From IMG/VR virus record IMGVR_UViG_2898133256_000001, positions 1 through 64,000 of that record: DNA of 64,000 bases; one strand, given 5' to 3'. The notes below the pieces were generated by a model. The model was not told the origin of the DNA. It made no database searches and worked only from the letters and a program-made list of their open reading frames with translations. Positions 17,173 to 26,381 of the stretch are shown here, in pieces (within the stretch, counting starts at the first letter, position 1; each line of letters starts with the position of its first letter). The position numbers and the translations under genes are program-made. This stretch comes from a virus (lineage: Duplodnaviria > Caudoviricetes).

Positions 17173-17859
17173 ATGGCAGGTGTTGATGCCCGTGCCCGGG
17201 GCGAGTCGGCGGATGGTGAAGAAGGGGCTGCCCGCCCCCTGACGGTGGACCAGCAGCGTCTCTGTGAGATGTGGCGCCCGCTGGCCGTGGGGCTGACGCT
17301 GAAGCGCCTGCACGGGGCTGGGCTCGGGCACCACGAGGACGAGGCCGCGGGGCTGGCTGCCGATGCGCTGGTGAGTGCCGCCCAGCGGTGGGTGCCCTCC
17401 GAGAGTCGATTCCCCTGGTACCTCCGGATGCGTGTCCAGGCGGTGATGTCGCGTTTCATCCACCGACACCCCGAGACGACGAGCCTGGACGAATTGCTCC
17501 CTGGCAGCGACCTGGACACCTTCGCCAGCCGGCTCGCGGCTGGGCGCGAGGAGGAGGGTGCCGCCAGTGATGCCCGGGAGCTGGCGCAGCGGGCGGAGGC
17601 GGAGATTGTCGCCCGGCTGGTCCAAGGGCGGGACGGGGATGTGGCCCGCCGTCAGGCACACGAGGCCTTCGAGATTTGGTGGGGGTGCGCGATGGAGGGC
17701 CGCTCCGGCGCCGAGGTGGCCCGCGAGCGCGGAGTCTCCCCGCAGGCCGTGGCGATGCGGCTGGCCCGCGTCCAGCGCGTCGTTGAGGCGTGGGGACGGG
17801 TGGTGCGAGGGGAGGCGCCACGGAGGCAGAGGACGGCACCGCTCCGGCCCGGCGTGTAG
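17173..17859 (+). CDS. Phage sigma70-family factor (probable late regulator)
   Basis: Region 2-like (ALVSAAQRW..SESRFPWYLRMRV) and region 4 HTH (EGRSGAEVARERGVSPQAV); sits before terminase. Confidence 0.75.
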   Translation: MAGVDARARGESADGEEGAARPLTVDQQRLCEMWRPLAVGLTLKRLHGAGLGHHEDEAAGLAADALVSAAQRWVPSESRFPWYLRMRVQAVMSRFIHRHPETTSLDELLPGSDLDTFASRLAAGREEEGAASDARELAQRAEAEIVARLVQGRDGDVARRQAHEAFEIWWGCAMEGRSGAEVARERGVSPQAVAMRLARVQRVVEAWGRVVRGEAPRRQRTAPLRPGV

Positions 17860-18498
17860 TTGCCCCGGAAGCCGTCCACGCCCGCGCCAAGACTTGTCGC
17901 CGTGGCACGAAAGCCCCCCAGCACCCAGCCTGACGCCCCGGAGCCGGATGACGGCACGGGCGATGCCTCGCGCGAGCTGACGCCCAAGCAGCGCGCCTTC
18001 GTCCGGGAGTACCTGAAGGACTCCTGCGCGGCTCAGGCCGCCATTCGCGCCGGCTACTCCGCGAAGACGGCGGACTCGGCGGGCTCGCGGTTGTTGAGGA
18101 ATGTCAAGGTTCAGGCTGCGCTGGAGGAGATGGAGGCGGCGCTCGCCGAGGCGGTGGGGGACGAAGTCACCGTCGAGGTGGCGGAGGTCATCCGCGAGCT
18201 GCGGTACCTGGCCTTCTCCGACATCGGCCAGGGCGTCGGCGAGCTGGGCGGGGTGCGCAACCTGAAGGACATGCCCGAGGGCTTCCGCCGGGCGATCTCC
18301 AGCATCGAGGTGGAGGAGCTGTTCGAAGGGAAGGGCGAGGAGCGGGAGCAGGTCGGCATCGTCACGAAGGTGAAGCTCTGGCCGAAGGACAAGGCGCTGG
18401 AGCTGCTCGGCAGGTTCCTGAAGATGTTCACCGACAAGGTGGACCTCGAAGCCACTCTCAAGAAGAGCCACGAGGACGCGCTGGGAGAGCTGGAGTGA
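17860..18498 (+). CDS. Terminase small subunit
   Basis: LTPKQRAFVREYLKD..AAQAAIRAGYS.KTA...SRLL; KDKALELLGR.L.MF. Confidence 0.93.
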   Translation: MPRKPSTPAPRLVAVARKPPSTQPDAPEPDDGTGDASRELTPKQRAFVREYLKDSCAAQAAIRAGYSAKTADSAGSRLLRNVKVQAALEEMEAALAEAVGDEVTVEVAEVIRELRYLAFSDIGQGVGELGGVRNLKDMPEGFRRAISSIEVEELFEGKGEEREQVGIVTKVKLWPKDKALELLGRFLKMFTDKVDLEATLKKSHEDALGELE

Positions 18499-20081
18499 GC
18501 GTGGCGCGCCAGGCCCGGCGGAGCCCGTCCGTCCGGACGCAGGTGGCCCGGGGGCGGGAGCCTCGCATCCTCCGGAAGCGGCTCGGGCGGCAGCGGCCCG
18601 AGAAGAAGGCCCTGCTGTCGCCGCGCGAAAAGGCCATTCGCCAGCGGTTGAAGGACGACTTCCCACACTACTCGTCGCGGTGCCTCTTCATCCGGACGAA
18701 GAAGGGGGGCGTCGAGCCCTTCGTCCTCAACGCGGCCCAGACGTACCTGCACAAGCGCCTGGCGGAGCAGCTCCGGGTGACGGGACGGGTGCGTGCCCTC
18801 ATCGTGAAGGGGCGCCAGCAGGGCTGCACCACCTACGTGCAGGGGCGTTTCTTCCAGGCCCTGTCTCACCGCGAGGGCGTCCGGGCCTACATCCTCACGC
18901 ACGAGGACGCGGCCACCAACAACGTCTTCGAGATGACGAAGCGGTACTACGAGAACTGCCCCGCTCTCGTCAGGCCCAGCAAGGGCGCCGCGAACGCGAA
19001 GGAGCTCGTCTTCGACAAGCTCTCGTCCGGGTACAAGGTGGGCACCGCGGGCAGCAAGGGGACGGGGCGCTCCTCCACGGTGCAGTACTTCCACGGCAGC
19101 GAGGTGGCGTACTGGCCCAACGCCGACACCCACGTGGCCGGTGTCCTCCAGGCGGTGCCAGACGAGGACGGGACCGAAGTCATCCTCGAGTCCACCAGCA
19201 ACGGGCCCGAGGGACTCTTCTACGACCTGTGCATGGCGGCGCAGCGGGGGGAGGGCGACTACCAGCTCATCTTCATCCCCTGGTTTTGGAGCTCCGAGTA
19301 CCGGAAGAAGGTGCCGGCGGGCCTCGCCCTCACCTCGGAGGAGGAGCGCTACAAGGAGGCGCACGGCCTCGATGACGGGCAGATGGCCTGGCGCCGGGCC
19401 AAGGTGGTGGAGCTGGGCGGCGTGCACCACTTCCGGCGCGAGTACCCGGCGACGGTGGAGGAGGCCTTCAAGGCCGCTGCGGTGGGCGCGCTGTGGACGC
19501 AGGAGCTTCTGGACCTGCACCGCGTGGCGGAGCGCCCCAGGGATGCCGAGGGCAAGCCGCTGCCGATGGTGCGCGTGGCCGTGGCGGTGGACCCTGCCGG
19601 CGGCGATGGGCCGGACAACGACGAGGTGGGCATTGTCTGCGCGGGCGTCGCCTCCAACGGGCACGCCTACGTGTGGCGGGACGACTCGGCGAAGTACACG
19701 GCGGAGGGCTGGGCCTCCAAGGCCCTGGCCGTCTACGAGAAGGAGATGGCCGACGTCCTCGTGGGCGAGAAGAACTACGGCGGCGACATGGTGGAGACCA
19801 CCATCCGCAGCAAGGCCCGTGAGTCGCGCAAGCACGTCAACGTGAAGGTGGTGACGGCCTCGCGTGGCAAGGCGAAGCGCGCGGCCCCCGTGGCGGCCCT
19901 CTACGAGCGTGGCCTCGTGCACCACGTGGGCCGCCTCATTGCCCTGGAAGACGAGCAGACGACGTGGGTGCCGGGCGAGACGAAGTGGAGCCCCAACCGC
20001 ATGGACGCCGCAGTGTGGGCACTGACGGAGCTGATGCTGGGCAAGGGCGCCGACACCTTCAAGGTGGGGAGCTACCGGTGA
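18495..20081 (+). CDS. Terminase large subunit
   Basis: KGRQQGCTT, HGSEVAYW, ILEST.NG, nuclease VAVDP and PNRMDA. Confidence 0.95.
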   Translation: MSVARQARRSPSVRTQVARGREPRILRKRLGRQRPEKKALLSPREKAIRQRLKDDFPHYSSRCLFIRTKKGGVEPFVLNAAQTYLHKRLAEQLRVTGRVRALIVKGRQQGCTTYVQGRFFQALSHREGVRAYILTHEDAATNNVFEMTKRYYENCPALVRPSKGAANAKELVFDKLSSGYKVGTAGSKGTGRSSTVQYFHGSEVAYWPNADTHVAGVLQAVPDEDGTEVILESTSNGPEGLFYDLCMAAQRGEGDYQLIFIPWFWSSEYRKKVPAGLALTSEEERYKEAHGLDDGQMAWRRAKVVELGGVHHFRREYPATVEEAFKAAAVGALWTQELLDLHRVAERPRDAEGKPLPMVRVAVAVDPAGGDGPDNDEVGIVCAGVASNGHAYVWRDDSAKYTAEGWASKALAVYEKEMADVLVGEKNYGGDMVETTIRSKARESRKHVNVKVVTASRGKAKRAAPVAALYERGLVHHVGRLIALEDEQTTWVPGETKWSPNRMDAAVWALTELMLGKGADTFKVGSYR

Positions 20082-20581
20082 GCGTCGCGTGCGCCACCGC
20101 GCCGGCACCGGGTGCCGTCCTGTACGTGTCCGGCCCGTACCGCGTCTGGGTGCGGCGCACCGTGCTGGCGAAGGCCCAGCGCCTGGCCCGCGTGCGTGCC
20201 CCGCTGGAGACGGGCGGGCTGCTGCTGGGGCAGGTGGTGGACGGCGAGGCCCACGTGCTGGCGCTGACGGGCCCGGGGCGGCGCGCGCGTCGCAGCCGCC
20301 TGGGCTACGAGTCGGACGGGGCGCGGGACACCCGGCTGGTGGCGCGCGTCTACCCGCAGCTGCACTACCTGGGCGACTGGCACACCCACCCGGGCGGCCC
20401 CGCGGTGCTGTCCGCGACGGACGTGGCCTCCATTCGGGGGGCGCTGTCGCCCTCCCGGCCCGAGGTGCTGCACCTGCTGCTGGCGGGCCCGGCCGACATG
20501 GGTGACGCCGTGGCCTCTCTCTTCACCCTGGTGTGCGGCGAGTCCGCCGCCCGCCGCATGACGCCCGAGGTGGCAGCGTGA
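20078..20581 (+). CDS. JAB/MPN (Prok-JAB) metallo-isopeptidase
   Basis: ETGGLLLG and YLGDWHTHP...LSATD (E...HxH...SxxD). Confidence 0.88.
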   Translation: MSVACATAPAPGAVLYVSGPYRVWVRRTVLAKAQRLARVRAPLETGGLLLGQVVDGEAHVLALTGPGRRARRSRLGYESDGARDTRLVARVYPQLHYLGDWHTHPGGPAVLSATDVASIRGALSPSRPEVLHLLLAGPADMGDAVASLFTLVCGESAARRMTPEVAA

Positions 20582-21114
20582 CGTGCATAGCTGGAGTGGT
20601 GGCGAAGGGCCGTGTGTACCTGGGAGGGGATAGCGCGGGCGTCGGTGGGTACGAGCTCACCGTCCGCTCGGACGTGAAGGTGTTCTCCAACGGCCCCTTC
20701 CTCATTGGCTTCACCTCGTCCTACCGCATGGGGCAGTTGCTCCAGCATGCCTTCAGCCCGCCACCGCCGCCGAGGAAGCCCGGGGCGCTGGGCCGGTACA
20801 TGGTGGTGGACTTCGTCGACGCCGTGCGCGCGGCGCTGAAGGACAAGGGCTGGGCGACGAAGCAGAGCGAGCAGGAGCTGGGAGGCACCTTCCTCGTCGG
20901 CGTGGCGGGACACCTCTTCCGCCTCGAGGCCGACTACCAGGTGGGCGAGGCCCGAGACGGCTTCGACGCCGTGGGGTGTGGCAGCGAGGCCGCGCGTGGG
21001 GCGCTCTTCGCGTCCTGGCACCTCAAGCCCGAGTCCCGAGTGCGCATGGCGTTGCGTGCCGCGGAGCGCCTCAGCGCGGGCGTGCGCGGCCCCTTCCGGG
21101 TGGTGTCGGGGTGA
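20578..21114 (+). CDS. HslV/proteasome-beta-like Ntn-hydrolase protease
   Basis: N-terminal Thr (MTCIAG), GGDS, conserved K, AVGCGS..A.GAL. Confidence 0.8.
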   Translation: MTCIAGVVAKGRVYLGGDSAGVGGYELTVRSDVKVFSNGPFLIGFTSSYRMGQLLQHAFSPPPPPRKPGALGRYMVVDFVDAVRAALKDKGWATKQSEQELGGTFLVGVAGHLFRLEADYQVGEARDGFDAVGCGSEAARGALFASWHLKPESRVRMALRAAERLSAGVRGPFRVVSG

Positions 21115-21347
21115 GCTGCCGCGCACCCACGCCGCCGGTGGCCGGACGCCGCCGTGCCGCCTCCACCTGGCGCCTGCGCGGGCGCGGGCTGCCCCGTGCC
21201 GCCCGGCGCGACTCCACCGTGCTGGTGCTGCGCTTCTTCGCCTACCTCGAACACCGGACGTCCACGCGCTTGTCCCGGCTGTCCCTCCGGGCATGGCAGT
21301 ACGTCCACCTCCGCCGCCCCGGCCATGCAGAGAGGGCCCGCCCATGA
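21111..21347 (+). CDS. Hypothetical Arg-rich protein
   Basis: Fills gap with GTGA and ATGA overlaps. Confidence 0.4.
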   Translation: MSCRAPTPPVAGRRRAASTWRLRGRGLPRAARRDSTVLVLRFFAYLEHRTSTRLSRLSLRAWQYVHLRRPGHAERARP

Positions 21348-22900
21348 CGTCCGACGTGAGCAACAAGAGCAGCGCCTACAAGGCGATGGAGCCGCACTGG
21401 GCCATGGTGAAGGCCCTCCAGGGTGGCACGGAGGCCATGCGCGCCGCTGCGACGACGTACCTGCCTCGGCACGCGCGAGAGTCCGACGAGGCCTACAGCG
21501 AGCGCCTCCAGCGCAGCTTCCTCTTCAACTACTTCGAGACGTCCCTCTCCACGCTGGCGGAGATGCCCTTCACCAAGCCGGTGGTGCTGGCGGACTCCGC
21601 GCCCGAGGAGCTGCACAACCTCGTGGGCGACGTCGACAGGCAGGGCAACGACTTGACGTCCTGGGCCCGCAACGTCTTCACGGACGGGCTGGCCAACGGG
21701 CTGACGCACATCCTCGTCGACTTCCCCAAGGTGGACAGGGCCCGGGTGCAGACACGGGCGGATGAGGTGGAGGCGGACGTCCGCCCCTACTTCGTCCACG
21801 TGCCTGCCGACTCGCTCCTGGCTGCCTACGCCACCGTGGAGGGCGGCGCCCAGGTGCTGACGCACATTCGCTTCCGCGAGACGGTGACGCGGGCGTCCGG
21901 CTTCGAGGAGGTGGCCGTGGAGCGCGTCCGTGTCCTCGAGCGGAAGGCCTGGGCGGTGTACGAAAAGGACGGGAACGGCGCCTGGGCGCAGGTAGACAGC
22001 GGGGAGAACACGCTGGGCTTCATCTCTCTCGTCACCTGGTACGCGGGCAAGCCGAAGGGCTTCATGCTCATCCGCCCGCCGTTGCTGTCCCTGGCGGAGA
22101 AGAACCTGGAGCACTGGCAGTCCGCCAGTGACCAGCGAAACATCCTCACGGTGGCGCGGTTCCCCATCTTGGCGGCCTCGGGCGTGACGGAGGCGTCGCC
22201 GCGGGAAGAGCGCACCAGCACGGAAGGGATGAGCGCCGAGGATGTGGAGTTCCTCGGGCGTCCCGGTGCGCGGGCGGGAATCACCATCGGCCCCCACTCG
22301 CTGCTCACCACCACCAACCCCCAGGGGAAGTTCTACTACGTCGAGCACACCGGGGCGGCCATCGACGCCGGTGCGAAGGACCTGGAGCGCCTGGAGGACC
22401 AGATGGCGGCGCTCAGCATCGAACTGGTCGTCCGGAGGAAGGGCAACACCACGGCGACGGAGAAGGACATCAACACCGGGCAGAGCTACTCGAAGCTCCA
22501 GTCCATGGCCCGCCGCTTCGGAGATGCGCTTGCGCTGGCCTTCCACTTCGCGGCCCGGTGGGTGTCCCTGGAAGTGCCGGACGACCAGCTGAAGGTGTCC
22601 GTCCACACGGACTTCGGCGTGGAGGAGGGCGACTCGCAGGGGCTGGAGGTACTCCTCAAGACGCGCCAGGCGCGGGACCTCTCCCGCCCGGCCTACCTGA
22701 AGGAACTCAAGCGGCGGGGCACTCTCTCCGCGGACTTCGACGTGGCGGTGAACCAGGAGGAACTGGATGCGGAGGGGCCTGCGTTGGGCACGCTTCGCTC
22801 CGAGCCGAAGGACAAGCCCCAGCTTCCCGGCCAGACGGTGCCCCCGCAGCCGCCCGCCGCTGGTGGCGGTCCCCCTGTCGCTGCTGGAGGTGCAGCGTGA
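21344..22900 (+). CDS. Portal protein (DUF4055-type)
   Basis: YLPR...ES.EAY..RL.RS, DVDRQGNDL, HILVDFP, RPYFV, PPLL.LA..NL.HWQ..SD. Confidence 0.9.
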   Translation: MTSDVSNKSSAYKAMEPHWAMVKALQGGTEAMRAAATTYLPRHARESDEAYSERLQRSFLFNYFETSLSTLAEMPFTKPVVLADSAPEELHNLVGDVDRQGNDLTSWARNVFTDGLANGLTHILVDFPKVDRARVQTRADEVEADVRPYFVHVPADSLLAAYATVEGGAQVLTHIRFRETVTRASGFEEVAVERVRVLERKAWAVYEKDGNGAWAQVDSGENTLGFISLVTWYAGKPKGFMLIRPPLLSLAEKNLEHWQSASDQRNILTVARFPILAASGVTEASPREERTSTEGMSAEDVEFLGRPGARAGITIGPHSLLTTTNPQGKFYYVEHTGAAIDAGAKDLERLEDQMAALSIELVVRRKGNTTATEKDINTGQSYSKLQSMARRFGDALALAFHFAARWVSLEVPDDQLKVSVHTDFGVEEGDSQGLEVLLKTRQARDLSRPAYLKELKRRGTLSADFDVAVNQEELDAEGPALGTLRSEPKDKPQLPGQTVPPQPPAAGGGPPVAAGGAA

Positions 22901-23193
22901 CCCTCGACGCCTGCTTCATCCGGGAGGTACTCGGCGGAATGAACCGCGTCGAGGCACTGCCGTGCCTTGTCCCTCTTCCTGGTACGTGGGGTTTCAACTT
23001 CCAGTGCAACCGGAAGGGCACGCGGAAGGTGCGCCGTGTCCTGCGCGACTGGCACCGGACGCTGCTGCTCCGGCTCATCCACGGGGGCTGCAAGGCGCTG
23101 GTGCTGGAGGGCGACCTGGTGCTGACGCGGGAGGCGTTCGTCACGGCGCTCGCGGCGCGGCAGGTGCTCACGAAGGGCGGAGGTGCCGCGTGA
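22897..23193 (+). CDS. Hypothetical protein
   Basis: GGAGG RBS, GTGA overlaps. Confidence 0.5.
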   Translation: MTLDACFIREVLGGMNRVEALPCLVPLPGTWGFNFQCNRKGTRKVRRVLRDWHRTLLLRLIHGGCKALVLEGDLVLTREAFVTALAARQVLTKGGGAA

Positions 23194-23903
23194 AGCGGCT
23201 CCGTGTCATGGGGGCCGAGCTGGCGTTGAAGGTGGCGTCCGTGCTCGCCGACGTGGAGGGGGCGTCGGCAGCCCGGTGCGAGTGCGGGGAGTGGCTCAGG
23301 GAGGCCTGCGCCACCTGCACTCGGTGCGGAGCCTCGCCACCTCGATGGGAGGACGCCGGGGTGAGGGCGCGCCGCTGGCCTCGCTGCTCCTGCTGCTCGG
23401 AGCCGATGGACGCCAGCCGCCTCACGGCCTGCGTCCATTGTGCGGCCGCGCTTGAGCAGCGCGCGGTGCGGGAGGCGTTGGCGCGCCTGGTTGGTGCGCA
23501 CGGTGAGGCGCCCGAAACGACAGGGGACCCGGGCGGAAACTCCTCGGAACCCGGGCAGTCGGTGCGCACCGCTGAACAGCCCGCCGCCGAACTGGACCTG
23601 GAAGAGCTCGAGCGCGTGGCCCGCGCGGCCGCACGGCACGACGACGGCTGGACTCTGGAGACCGCGGAGACGTCGCCCCACCTGGCCGAGGATCCGGCAT
23701 CCTCCGTCCACCTGCCGCTCGACGTGAGGTGGACGGCCACCATCGTCACCCGAGCACCATGGAGCGTCCTGCTGGAGGTGGTGGGCAACGTCACCGCCGT
23801 GCCGGACCGGGCGCGCCACATCCTCGCCTTCCAGCCCCGCGTGGCCCTGGCCCTGCTCGCCGAGATGCGCCGCCTGCGTGAGGGGAGGGGTGGCGGGTGC
23901 TGA
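23190..23903 (+). CDS. Hypothetical protein with CxxC pairs
   Basis: GGAGG RBS, GTGA overlap. Confidence 0.5.
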   Translation: MKRLRVMGAELALKVASVLADVEGASAARCECGEWLREACATCTRCGASPPRWEDAGVRARRWPRCSCCSEPMDASRLTACVHCAAALEQRAVREALARLVGAHGEAPETTGDPGGNSSEPGQSVRTAEQPAAELDLEELERVARAAARHDDGWTLETAETSPHLAEDPASSVHLPLDVRWTATIVTRAPWSVLLEVVGNVTAVPDRARHILAFQPRVALALLAEMRRLREGRGGGC

Positions 23904-24733
23904 CGTCGTGCGTGCAGCGGTGGAGCGGGCGGCGGGCCAGCTACCGGCCTGCCGGCGAGCCGATCCGCGCCAGCGACTACGAGGTGGCACCCCTGGCGCG
24001 CGACACCGAGGCGCGGGCCTTCGTCGAGGAGCATCACTACAGCGGCTCCTACCCGGCTGCCCGGTGGCGCTTCGGACTCCATCGCCGGGGTCAGCTCGTG
24101 GGCGTCGCGGTGTTCTCCCAGCCCGTCAACGACAAGTCCCTGGCCGTCTTCCCTGGTGGGGCGGCCTCCGCGGTGGAGCTCGGGCGCTTCGTGCTGCTGG
24201 ACGACGTGCCCGCCAACGGGGAGACGTGGTTCCTCGCGCGGGCCTTCGAGGTGCTGGCGCGCGACGGGGTGGTGGGCGTCCAGTCGTTCGCGGACCCGGA
24301 GCCGCGCACCACCGCGAGCGGCGAGGTGGTGTTCCCCGGGCACGTGGGCACCATCTACCAAGCGCACAACGCGGTGTACCGGGGACGGGCGACGCCGCGT
24401 ACGCTACACCTGCTGCCCGACGGGACGGTGTTCAGCGCCCGCGCGGCGCAGAAGGTGAGGGCGCGGGAGCAGGGCTGGCGGTACGCCGTGGCGCAGCTGG
24501 TGGAGTCCGGCGCCCAGCAGCCCGCGCCCGGCGAGGACCTGCGCGGGTGGCTCCGGGAGTGGCTGCCCCGGGTGACGCGCCGACAGCGCCACCGGGGCAA
24601 TCACCGCTACCTGTGGGGGCTGCGTCCAGCAGTCCGCCGGCACCTGCCACCGTCGCTGCCGTACCCGAAGTGGGAAGTGCGGTTGGTGTCGGAACGAGCT
24701 GCGCTGAGCGGCCGCAGCCCGGGAAACGTGTGA
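23897..24733 (+). CDS. Mom-like (GNAT-fold) DNA adenine modification protein
   Basis: FVEEHHYS, ELGRFVL...PANGETWFLAR, SFADP, GHVGTIYQA.N..Y.G. Confidence 0.78.
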   Translation: MLTSCVQRWSGRRASYRPAGEPIRASDYEVAPLARDTEARAFVEEHHYSGSYPAARWRFGLHRRGQLVGVAVFSQPVNDKSLAVFPGGAASAVELGRFVLLDDVPANGETWFLARAFEVLARDGVVGVQSFADPEPRTTASGEVVFPGHVGTIYQAHNAVYRGRATPRTLHLLPDGTVFSARAAQKVRAREQGWRYAVAQLVESGAQQPAPGEDLRGWLREWLPRVTRRQRHRGNHRYLWGLRPAVRRHLPPSLPYPKWEVRLVSERAALSGRSPGNV

Positions 24734-24779
24734 TTAGAAATGCGCTGGTGACGTGGGGTAGTGCCTGCTTCGCGAAGCA

Positions 24780-25157
24780 TCAAGGACCGCAAGACCACGT
24801 CCGTACTTCTGTGCACTCGCAACGCCACTCATACCCGCCAGAGTCGCAGCAGATCAGGCTAACTCCCTGGCGTCTGCAGGTCCTGTCCTGAAAATTGGAA
24901 CACGGTTCAGCGTCGCACGTGGGGGACGGCGTGGGGCACGCGATTGAGGTGCCATCGCACGTCACTCCCACTCCGTTCGTCGCGGTGCAGTTGACCGTCG
25001 TCGCCGGGCAACTCACCGAGCCCTGTGCACAGGTGGCGGTGCAGGCCGTCAACTCCTGAGACGAGGCGTTCATCTCCTCGCTCTCGGTGGTCACTCCTCC
25101 GCACCCCACAGCGAACGCGGCGGCGCACGCCAACACCAACAGCTTCAAGCTCTTCAT
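24780..25157 (-). CDS. Cys-rich myxobacterial-type lipoprotein (moron)
   Basis: MKSLKLLVLAC...FAVGC lipobox; CTATC...VSC...C.A..GVGVTCDG. Confidence 0.8.
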   Translation of the reverse strand: MKSLKLLVLACAAAFAVGCGGVTTESEEMNASSQELTACTATCAQGSVSCPATTVNCTATNGVGVTCDGTSIACPTPSPTCDAEPCSNFQDRTCRRQGVSLICCDSGGYEWRCECTEVRTWSCGP

Positions 25158-25279
25158 GGTGAATCCCCTGTCGTGAGGGTGTGCGAGCGAGAGGACGACC
25201 GGGCTGGTGGCATCTTCGGCAATTCATGCGACAGCCGCAATTCGCGCCGCCGCATGGGTCGGTAGCGCCCGGGGCTCCG

Positions 25280-25795
25280 ATGCCCATCGCACAGGTGGCG
25301 CGGACCGCGTCCTCACCTGCGATGACGCTCGGGCCCATGCGTTCCCGTGCAGACGCAAGCCGTGTCCTATCGCGCCAGAGTAGGCCGCCCGCCGTCACCA
25401 TCGGTGGGCTGCCCCGGGCGCTTCCTCGCGTCCGCTTCGTTCGCCACCGCAGCCCCCACGCCCTGGCGCGCGTCTACTTCCGCCCCATGGGGCTGCGGCC
25501 TCGTGACGTTGCTGAGTGGCCCGCCATGCGTCGGGGCATCCTTGCCATGGGTGCATGGGCCTTCGCTGGACGGCGGCCGAAGGGGTCCGTGGTTCACTAC
25601 TGGGCGGCACCCAGCGTCTCCCCGCTCCACCTCGCCTACATCCTCGGGCACGAGGTGGGGCACGTCTCGGGCAAGCAGCTGCGCTCCCGGCGCAACGCGT
25701 GGAGGGAGGAACTGCGCGCGGACGAGTACGGCGCGGCGGCGTACCTGTCGCTGAAGCACGTCCTTGCCGTTGCTGGGAAGGCTGGTGCCGCGTGA
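25280..25795 (+). CDS. Zn-metallopeptidase-like protein (HExxH)
   Basis: LAYILGHEVGH...EELRADEYG; start uncertain. Confidence 0.6.
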   Translation: MPIAQVARTASSPAMTLGPMRSRADASRVLSRQSRPPAVTIGGLPRALPRVRFVRHRSPHALARVYFRPMGLRPRDVAEWPAMRRGILAMGAWAFAGRRPKGSVVHYWAAPSVSPLHLAYILGHEVGHVSGKQLRSRRNAWREELRADEYGAAAYLSLKHVLAVAGKAGAA

Positions 25796-26043
25796 GTCCC
25801 GGAACCGGGGAGGAGCACGCCGCGGCGGAGGTCCAGCGGCAGTTCGCGATGATTGAGTGGCTGGAGCAGCAGAGCCCGATTCTGACGGCGTTCCCCTTCG
25901 CCGCGCTGCCGCCGGAGCCGCTCATGATGTGCCGCACGCCGCTGGCGTCGTCGCTGGATGCGAGCTGGCACGCGGAGCCGGAAGGGTGCCCGACCTGGAC
26001 GGACGCTGCGGAGTGCCAGTGCATGCGAGGGGGCGAGGCGTGA
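25792..26043 (+). CDS. Hypothetical protein
   Basis: GTGA overlaps. Confidence 0.45.
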   Translation: MSPGTGEEHAAAEVQRQFAMIEWLEQQSPILTAFPFAALPPEPLMMCRTPLASSLDASWHAEPEGCPTWTDAAECQCMRGGEA

Positions 26044-26381
26044 GGCCTCTCGTCCTGGATGTGTTGCTGAAGGCGCCGGGGGCCGCTCTTCGCGCACTCT
26101 TCAACTCCCCGAAGACGCACGACTACACGGAGCGGTACTGGGGGCACGACTACTCCATTCAGGAGGTCCGCGACGATGGCCGGAGCCTCACTGCCATGGG
26201 GTGGGGCTGCGGCATCGAGGAAGGCCACTTCCTGCTTCTCCGGAACGGGGCTGGATCCACGCGCTACCTCGTCCGGCGCATTCGGTACATGGCCGACCCT
26301 CACGACATGTGGAGCGCGAGCCTGGAGTTCGCGCCGCGTCAGGGGCCGTCGCCAGAGACAGAGGACGGCGCCGGACGGTGA
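26040..26381 (+). CDS. Hypothetical protein
   Basis: GTGA overlaps; HDY...WGHDY, I.Y..DP.DMW. Confidence 0.55.
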   Translation: MRPLVLDVLLKAPGAALRALFNSPKTHDYTERYWGHDYSIQEVRDDGRSLTAMGWGCGIEEGHFLLLRNGAGSTRYLVRRIRYMADPHDMWSASLEFAPRQGPSPETEDGAGR

